A DNA stretch of 64,000 nucleotides. Origin: Leptospira sp. (GTDB lineage Bacteria; Spirochaetota; Leptospiria; Leptospirales; Leptospiraceae). Below are positions 1 through 5,816 of the stretch, one piece after another. The notes under the pieces are model-generated. The model worked only from the letters and a program-made list of their open reading frames with translations, did not search any database and was not told the origin of the DNA. Each line of letters opens with the position of its first letter. Position 1 is the first letter of the stretch. The stretch spans positions 32,001 to 96,000 of the forward strand of contig JAWXAQ010000035.1 of NCBI GenBank assembly GCA_034439575.1, given 5' to 3'. Position numbers and translations under genes: made by a program.

Positions 1-28
1 AGGTAATTTTCTAAGTATTCAATTGAGC

Positions 29-124
29 AAAAACCTTGTTTCCATCGGTGACGGAGACATGGATGTCGGAGTCCTTCCTTCGAGCACGGAAGTGAGAGGG
101 AAGGGAGATGGGTACGAGGTTTTT
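29..124 (+). repeat. 96-bp structured repeat B, copy 1 (terminal inverted arms, GGA-loop hairpins); IR extended by caattgag/ctcaattg to 20-133
   Basis: aaaccttgtttccatc...gatgggtacgaggttt; near-identical to 1583-1678, 4255-4350 and 4838-4933. Confidence 0.95.
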
Positions 125-171
125 TCTCAATTGGAGAAAAACAAAATAACAATATCCTTTTAATTCCCTTG

Positions 172-309
172 GGCACCTCGCATCCGTTATATTGATGTCA
201 CTTTGTGCGAATAACCGATCCCGCTTTTCGCTCCAATCTTTCGCATAACTTTATTTAAATAAATTTATTTTGGACGCGAAAGGATTTCCGCTTCAATCGG
301 TGGTGCTGG
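172..309 (-). repeat. Structured repeat A, copy 1; overlaps the 3' end of the YdeI-like gene
   Basis: Reverse complement ccagcaccaccgattgaagcggaaatcctt...gttatgcgaaagattggagcgaaaagcgggatcggtt...catcaatataacggatgcgaggtgcc matches 4069-4209. Confidence 0.9.
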
Positions 310-885
310 ATGATTCGCTTTTATGTTTTTTCCAGCTAAATCGACCGTTTGTTCTATTCGCTGTTGTCTTGTCTCGGTTTTTTTAGCGCTGAGTATCCAT
401 AACAAAATTATTTTTTTAGAGGACGACGAAAATAACATAAAGTTGGCATATGCCTTTTTGTTCTTATTAAACAATTTGTGTAGGTCGTCTGGAATCGTTA
501 GATCCTCAATCGAGTCCAAAGCAGTCCATGTGCCCGTTGACTTGGCAAGCTCAATCATTTCAAGTCCAGTTGGAGTCATCAATCCTTGCTCAATCAATCT
601 TGCTACACGTTGTTTGTTGAGCTTACTCCAATTGCTTTTGGGTTTTCGTTTTGAAAAGTATTGTATGCTACTTTCTTCGTCTCGTTTCTTCTTAATGCTA
701 TCAATCCAACCAAAACAAAGTGCTTCTTCCACAGCTTCATCATATGTAACACTCGTTACTGATGAGCTCTTTTTGTATAATACTAACCAGACGCTTTTTT
801 CCTTGCTCTGATTTTTCTTAAGCCAAGTGCGCCATTCTTTTCTGGACTTCGCGTAGAATAATTTATGACCGTCTATAATTTCCAT
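265..885 (-). CDS. YdeI/OmpD-associated (bacteriocin-protection) family protein
   Basis: WRTWL, EAVEEALCFGWIDS, S-x-WSKLNK and IPDDL...KKTETRQQRI motifs. Confidence 0.85.
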   Translation of the reverse strand: MEIIDGHKLFYAKSRKEWRTWLKKNQSKEKSVWLVLYKKSSSVTSVTYDEAVEEALCFGWIDSIKKKRDEESSIQYFSKRKPKSNWSKLNKQRVARLIEQGLMTPTGLEMIELAKSTGTWTALDSIEDLTIPDDLHKLFNKNKKAYANFMLFSSSSKKIILLWILSAKKTETRQQRIEQTVDLAGKNIKANHPAPPIEAEILSRPK

Positions 886-900
886 AATAGATGAACTACC

Positions 901-1203
901 TTATAACTTGAAGCCTTGGATTAGAAAAGACGCTTTGATGGATTGTTCTTTCAAATAGAGAAATTTTTTGCGCTCTTCGTCATTCGAAAAATTCATAAAA
1001 TCCTCTATCGCATCGAACACAACAAGGTGAATTTCATATGGTTTATCTATACTCATTTCAATATAGGCTGAATCATTTGGTCGCATACGCATCAAAAGCT
1101 TTCCATTATATTTTGATATGATTGGTATCGCAATCCTTTCGAACTCTTCGAAGATCGCTTCTTGTCCCTCGTTAATGTATATCAATTGAGTTATGTAGAT
1201 CAT
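901..1203 (-). CDS. DUF1330-like small protein
   Basis: 100-aa ORF; YNGKLLMR and PYEIHLVVF pattern; directly upstream of the YdeI gene. Confidence 0.7.
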   Translation of the reverse strand: MIYITQLIYINEGQEAIFEEFERIAIPIISKYNGKLLMRMRPNDSAYIEMSIDKPYEIHLVVFDAIEDFMNFSNDEERKKFLYLKEQSIKASFLIQGFKL

Positions 1204-1228
1204 AATTTAAGATTAGTTTGTTCAGAAG

Positions 1229-1293
1229 AACCGATCCCTTTTCAAATGTATAGGGATTATTATCAAGAAGAAAATCCGATACCTCCGCTTCAA
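1229..1293 (-). repeat. Degenerate/shortened repeat A remnant
   Basis: Shares aaccgatccc (cf. 213-222) and tccgcttcaa (cf. 287-296) in the same order; inner ggatt/aatcc IR. Confidence 0.5.
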
Positions 1294-1384
1294 AGATTGG
1301 CAATTTACAAAAACAATTGTTAAAGCCTACCCACTCTACTTTCTCTAAATTGCAAGTGGGGTAAATTCTACTAATAAGGAATTT

Positions 1385-1582
1385 GGGACCTAGTTTATTT
1401 TATTATTCGTGGGTGTTTTACGAAATACGATAATTCGCTTCTACTTAACCATCACCATAGACCAAGCAATGCATCTTAAAAAAGCGATTTATTTATAACC
1501 AAATAAACTAAATTCATCTAACAAAAACAAGTTGCCATAATCCATAATAAAGATCCCGCTATTCGATCTTTCTCTTCGGCCA
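1385..1582 (+). repeat. AT-rich leader repeat C, copy 1
   Basis: Aligns to 4372-4576; 47-nt exact identity, 1493-1539 = 4485-4531. Confidence 0.9.
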
Positions 1583-1678
1583 GCAAACCTTGTTTCCATC
1601 GGTAACGGAGACATGGATGTCGGAGTCCTTCCTTCGAACACGGAGGTGAGAGGGAAGGGAGATGGGAACTAGGTTTGC
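1583..1678 (+). repeat. 96-bp structured repeat B, copy 2
   Basis: gcaaaccttgtttccatc...gatgggaactaggtttgc. Confidence 0.95.
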
Positions 1679-1722
1679 AAATTTTGAACCAGTTCACCAT
1701 TAAAAGAACCTTTCTATTCCAA

Positions 1723-2628
1723 GTGCTATCTCCAAATCCCCATGATACTTTTATCAAACGTATTTTTGCAAACAAAGACGATGAGATTGCTTTCTTTCGA
1801 GGAACCTTACCATCCGAAGTTATAGAAATTCTTGATATAGTAAATTTAGAACAAACCAAAGAATCCTTCCTACCCAAAAACCAAAGTCACTCTATAACGG
1901 ATATTTTGTGGAAGATACCGACAAAATCGGGCAAAGAAATCTACACTTATTTACTATTTGAGCATAAATCTTATCATGATCCAAATATATTTTTACAACT
2001 GCTAGGTTATATGGTTCAAATTTATCTATGGCAGAAAGGTAACGGTAAAGAACTTGTTCCCGTGATTCCTTTTGTCTTTTATCACGGAGAAAAGAAATGG
2101 GATTTGGGTCTGAGTTTCAAAGAACAATTTATTAAAAACAAAGACATACAAAAATTATCCCATTACATACCGGATTTTTTCATCGAAGTGTTTGAGTTGG
2201 AAAAGACGGATGTAAAAAAGAAATTCAATCAGTTAACACTTCGCATATTTTTAGAGCTTATCCAGAAGATTCGAGCAGATGTAGACGATTTTCGCCCAGT
2301 TTTTCTTGGGATATTGAAAGAACTGAGCCAAGTAGAAACAGAAGCAAAAAAAGTTGAAATTCTGGAGAAACTTCTTCATTATTTATTTAATGTAAGAGAA
2401 AAAGAGGAAAAAGAATTCCGCGATGTATCGTATTACCAAGTTGAGGGACTCGGAGGAGCATTTATGACAATTATGGATGAGATAAGACTAGAAGGTGAGC
2501 AGAAAGGAAAACTGGAAGGCAAACTTGAAGATGCGGAGAAAATGCTGAACGAGAAAATTGATATTTCTGTGATTTTAAGGGTAACGGGTCTTAAAGAATC
2601 CGACTTACGAAAACGAGGCCTTCTCTAG
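1723..2628 (+). CDS. Rpn family recombination-promoting nuclease/putative transposase (PD-(D/E)XK, Transposase_31-like)
   Basis: NPHD N-terminus, TDILW, LLFEHKSY, QLLGYM, PVIPFVFYHG and C-terminal EGxxEG repeats; GTG 1723 preferred over TTG 1675, which lies inside repeat B. Confidence 0.9.
   Translation: MLSPNPHDTFIKRIFANKDDEIAFFRGTLPSEVIEILDIVNLEQTKESFLPKNQSHSITDILWKIPTKSGKEIYTYLLFEHKSYHDPNIFLQLLGYMVQIYLWQKGNGKELVPVIPFVFYHGEKKWDLGLSFKEQFIKNKDIQKLSHYIPDFFIEVFELEKTDVKKKFNQLTLRIFLELIQKIRADVDDFRPVFLGILKELSQVETEAKKVEILEKLLHYLFNVREKEEKEFRDVSYYQVEGLGGAFMTIMDEIRLEGEQKGKLEGKLEDAEKMLNEKIDISVILRVTGLKESDLRKRGLL
2464..2628 (+). CDS. Putative intragenic RpnS-like small protein (54 aa), in frame with the Rpn gene
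   Basis: GGAGG at 2452-2456, 7 nt before in-frame ATG 2464 (MTIMDEIRLEG...). Confidence 0.65.
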   Translation: MTIMDEIRLEGEQKGKLEGKLEDAEKMLNEKIDISVILRVTGLKESDLRKRGLL

Positions 2629-2656
2629 TAGCCTGCACCACCAAAGAGCTGACTGG

Positions 2657-3187
2657 ATGAACCTGTCTGATGCCACATCGAAGTCTGGTGTCACTGAAAT
2701 AGGGCTAACATCCGTTCTTCGAAATGATGGCTCCTCACATGAAAAGGGTTATTCGATGGATGTTGGAACTATATCTTATTTTAATCAAGCAACCGATAAA
2801 ATAGTAACGGAACCAATAAAATACACGAACAAGGATTTTAAAACTTTGCCAGAAAATACATTAGCAAAACCAAGTGGGACTATCGCTGACTTTCTGGAGG
2901 CAGACAGAATAGAAAGGTCTATACTATACAATCTTAACCCGTATTATATGGTCAACAAGACTGGCGAAGTCATTCCTAATTTCTTTACTTTCGCTCCTAA
3001 GAACTTGTGGGAAACTGACTTTACAAAATTGTCTAAAGAAGACCAGGAAAATGTGGTAACTAGAATGATTGAAGCGGCAAGAGAACATGGGCCAGATTCT
3101 TATACTTTAACAAGAGATATGGCGATCAGAATGTGGGATCATCGCAATCATTTGCACATTTCTGAAACTGGGTTTGGAAGCAAATGA
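2657..3187 (+). CDS. M15/LAS-type zinc peptidase-like domain, probably an N-terminally truncated toxin tip
   Basis: SSHEKGYSMD (SxHxxGxxxD) and HRNHLH (HxH); no signal peptide or clear RBS; ATGA overlap with the next gene. Confidence 0.55.
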   Translation: MNLSDATSKSGVTEIGLTSVLRNDGSSHEKGYSMDVGTISYFNQATDKIVTEPIKYTNKDFKTLPENTLAKPSGTIADFLEADRIERSILYNLNPYYMVNKTGEVIPNFFTFAPKNLWETDFTKLSKEDQENVVTRMIEAAREHGPDSYTLTRDMAIRMWDHRNHLHISETGFGSK

Positions 3188-4068
3188 AAATTTTCAATGT
3201 AATTGCGATTGTTTTTTTCAGTTTATTTTGCAAATCGGAAATGACCAAAGGTCAAACCCAGAAAGAGAACATTTCTCAGTCACATTCTATCGATTATTTT
3301 TTTGATTTGTGGAATATTAATCTCAAAGAAGATTTTAAGAAAGCTTTGAATTCTAATATCGAAGAGGTTCTATATGTAAAATTTAACGATTTTCTGTCAT
3401 TCCGAATGACAAAGTCAATCTTTAAATCAGAACCATTTGATAAGACTCGGTTTTCGATGATTTTAAGTTATCCAGAACCGAATTTTCCAGGAAGAAACGA
3501 TAAAATATTTAACTTTAGAGATGGACGCATTTCTGAGATTTATCGAGAACTAACATATAATAAAATAGAGGAGATAGGGAATACGAATATAGGACTTGCT
3601 TTCACATACAACCAGGGTCTTTTGTCAGAAATATCCTGCCATCACCTGCCGGGATCAAACGGAGCACGATGTGAAGACTCCATCTTTCTCAATACCGATG
3701 GCTCCATTCGGGAAGTAAAAGAATTTAAAATACAATGTAAGCAAGGTTGCGGGCAATTCCAACCTCTACGACAACCAGGGGATTATTTTATCAGCACAAA
3801 CCAAGTATGGGTAAGAGAAAAACCAGATACAAAATCTAAAATCATCGCGGAACTTTCTAAAGATGCAAAGATTGAAGTAATAAAGGATGCCGAGAAATAT
3901 GAAAAGATATTTCCTCATTATGCAACCTGGGCCCAAGTAAAGTTGGCTGACGGCCAGGAAGGTTATGTGTATGGGGCATTTCTTAGAGCACCAGGTGAGC
4001 CTGATGTGGTAGCGATCAAAGAGAAAGCGGAGATTTGGAAAAAGGAAAATGGGGTGATGGGAAGGTAG
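3184..4068 (+). CDS. Exported (possibly lipo-) protein with C-terminal bacterial SH3 (SH3b) domain
   Basis: MKIFNVIAIVFFSLFC signal; VWVREKPDTKSKII...WAQVKLADGQEGYVYGAFL. Confidence 0.8.
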   Translation: MKIFNVIAIVFFSLFCKSEMTKGQTQKENISQSHSIDYFFDLWNINLKEDFKKALNSNIEEVLYVKFNDFLSFRMTKSIFKSEPFDKTRFSMILSYPEPNFPGRNDKIFNFRDGRISEIYRELTYNKIEEIGNTNIGLAFTYNQGLLSEISCHHLPGSNGARCEDSIFLNTDGSIREVKEFKIQCKQGCGQFQPLRQPGDYFISTNQVWVREKPDTKSKIIAELSKDAKIEVIKDAEKYEKIFPHYATWAQVKLADGQEGYVYGAFLRAPGEPDVVAIKEKAEIWKKENGVMGR

Positions 4069-4209
4069 CCCTGCACCACCGATCGAAGCGGAAATCCTTA
4101 CCCTATTAAAAATAAAATATACATACTTAGAGTTATGCGAAAGATTAAAGCGGAGAGCGGAATCGGTTCTTTCGGAAATGCTCCATCCGTATAACACATC
4201 CGAGGCGCC
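4069..4209 (+). repeat. Structured repeat A, copy 2; begins immediately after the SH3 gene stop codon
   Basis: ccctgcaccaccgatcgaagcggaaatcctt...aaagattaaagcggagagcggaatcggtt...catccgtataacacatccgaggcgcc. Confidence 0.9.
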
Positions 4210-4254
4210 AAAAGTAAAGAAAGAGATTTTTATATTCGATCTTTCTTCGGATGA

Positions 4255-4350
4255 GCAAACCTTGTTTCCATCGGTGACGGAGACATGGATGTCGGAGTCC
4301 TTCCTTCGAACACGGAGGTGAGAGGGAAGGGAGATGGGAACGAGGTCTGC
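4255..4350 (+). repeat. 96-bp structured repeat B, copy 3
   Basis: gcaaaccttgtttccatc...gatgggaacgaggtctgc. Confidence 0.95.
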
Positions 4351-4371
4351 TGGGTAAAGCGCACCGAGAAC

Positions 4372-4576
4372 GGGACTAGAAACTAGTTTTTAATATTAGC
4401 GCGTGTTTTACGCAATGCGATAAAACCCCATCAGATTACCATCACCACCAAACACTCATTGAATCTTATAAAAAGCGGTTTTGATTATAACCAAATAAAC
4501 TAAATTCATCTAACAAAAACAAGTTGCCATATTCCATAATAAATATCCTATTATTCGATCTTTCTTTTTTCGGCCA
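4372..4576 (+). repeat. AT-rich leader repeat C, copy 2
   Basis: Aligns with 1385-1582. Confidence 0.9.
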
Positions 4577-4672
4577 GCAAACCTTGTTTCCATCGGTAGC
4601 GGAGCCAGGATGGCGAAGCGGGGGCATTCGAGCAGGAGTGCGAGACAGCCCCGAGATGGGAACAAGGTTTGC
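4577..4672 (+). repeat. 96-bp structured repeat B, copy 4 (divergent interior, same predicted fold)
   Basis: Same arms and length; interior gcggagccaggatggcgaagc-gggg-gcattc-gagcag-gagtgc-gagacag-cccc. Confidence 0.9.
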
Positions 4673-4694
4673 CATCGATGGAAACGAGGTTTGC
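4673..4694 (+). repeat. Extra right arm of repeat B (catc|gatggaaacgaggtttgc)
   Basis: Direct duplicate of the B right arm, preceded by the last bases of the left arm. Confidence 0.75.
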
Positions 4695-4789
4695 CCCTGC
4701 TCCACCGATCGACCGAGCGCCCTCGTCGAGGGAGAGCGGGATCGGGTCATACAAGATTATGTACATCCATATAACAAATCCGAGGTGCC
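4695..4789 (+). repeat. Structured repeat A, copy 3 (short inner hairpin variant)
   Basis: ccctgctccaccgatcga...gagagcgggatcgg...catccatataacaaatccgaggtgcc. Confidence 0.8.
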
Positions 4790-4837
4790 CATCGTCATAA
4801 ATCAAATATAGCTATTCGTTCTTTCTTTCTTCGGCCT

Positions 4838-4933
4838 GCAAACCTCGTTTCCATCAGTAACGGAGACATGGATGTCGGAGTCCTTCCTTCGAGCACGGAA
4901 GTGAGAGGGAAGGGAGATGGGAACGAGGTTTGC
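4838..4933 (+). repeat. 96-bp structured repeat B, copy 5
   Basis: gcaaacctcgtttccatc...gatgggaacgaggtttgc. Confidence 0.95.
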
Positions 4934-5097
4934 TATGCGACATAATATCCTCCATTTTTTCCCAACCCATATCGTCCAATTCTTTTTCCAAAATCAGATT
5001 CGTTTCTGGTTTTCCCCCTTGACTTCGGAGTGGGTACCAAAACTCTTCTCAAAAGACCATCTTTTACCTGCGATCATATATATAAATTAGGTGTTTC

Positions 5098-5259
5098 ATG
5101 AAACGTACATACCAACCAAGCAACGTAAAGCGCATTAGAACTCACGGCTTCCGAACAAGAATGGCCTCTCCAGGCGGACGTAATGTATTAAGCAACCGTA
5201 GAAAGAAAGGACGCCATAAATTGACAGTTTCCGACGAAAAACTCGGGAGAAAGTTCTAG
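5098..5259 (+). CDS. rpmH: 50S ribosomal protein L34
   Basis: Manual translation [53 protein letters not shown] (not in the ORF track). Confidence 0.98.
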   Translation: MKRTYQPSNVKRIRTHGFRTRMASPGGRNVLSNRRKKGRHKLTVSDEKLGRKF

Positions 5260-5262
5260 TAG

Positions 5263-5589
5263 GAGCTTCCTTCGGAGACTCTTTGCGATCAATCGAGGAT
5301 CCAGGAACTCTTTCGTAACCCACGAAAATCAGGAAAAAAGCCCTTACTTGTCCTTTTTAGAAAGAACGAGCGGGATCATTCCTGTTTTTTGTTCTGTCCG
5401 GACAAGTCGCACAAGCGATCTGTCGATAGAAACAAAACGAAACGACTTCTCAGAGAATTAGTTCGTAACCATTTACCGCTGATCCCTAGTGGTTTTGACA
5501 TTGCGTTCCTGGCACATATCGATTTTTCACAAAAAGTTCCGGAAGAGAGACAGGCTATGTTTGTGACTCTCTTTGCGAAATCACCATGA
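5263..5589 (+). CDS. rnpA: Ribonuclease P protein component (start codon unresolved)
   Basis: RNR-like motif [13 protein letters not shown] and GFDIAF; lies between rpmH and yidD; frame open from 5263 but first canonical start is TTG 5389. Confidence 0.85.
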   Translation, partial: ELPSETLCDQSRIQELFRNPRKSGKKPLLVLFRKNERDHSCFLFCPDKSHKRSVDRNKTKRLLRELVRNHLPLIPSGFDIAFLAHIDFSQKVPEERQAMFVTLFAKSP

Positions 5590-5813
5590 ATCGGATTGTA
5601 TTACTTCTTATTTTTTTATATAAGAAATTAATTTCCCCACTTTTACCGCCTTCTTGTCGTTTTACGCCAACTTGTTCGGAATATGCTTTTGAAGCTTTCC
5701 AAAACTATCCATTTTTATCAGCCATTAAACTCAGTGCCTCTCGCATCGCGCGCTGTCACCCCTATCATGAGGGCGGATATGATCCGCTCCCGAAATCAAT
5801 TTCAAAGAGATAA
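5586..5813 (+). CDS. yidD: Membrane protein insertion efficiency factor
   Basis: [18 protein letters not shown]...[12 protein letters not shown]. Confidence 0.95.
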   Translation: MNRIVLLLIFLYKKLISPLLPPSCRFTPTCSEYAFEAFQNYPFLSAIKLSASRIARCHPYHEGGYDPLPKSISKR

Positions 5814-5816
5814 CAT

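Noticed and set aside
1518-1877. ORF 1518-1877 (-), and likewise 4466-4750, 4524-4811 and 4551-4805
   Set aside because: Translations of repeat B/C sequence or antisense to rpn; shared peptides merely reflect the DNA repeat
172-4789. Classical integron attC sites (TAAC/GTTA motifs such as atctaac, gttatgc)
   Set aside because: No paired RYYYAAC...GTTRRRY boxes at the element ends and no intI in the window
29-4933. CRISPR array interpretation of the repeats
   Set aside because: Repeats are 96 bp or longer and irregularly spaced, intervening segments are themselves repeats or genes, and no cas genes are present
4940-5097. oriC/dnaA expected next to rpmH
   Set aside because: No dnaA gene and no DnaA-box cluster upstream of rpmH
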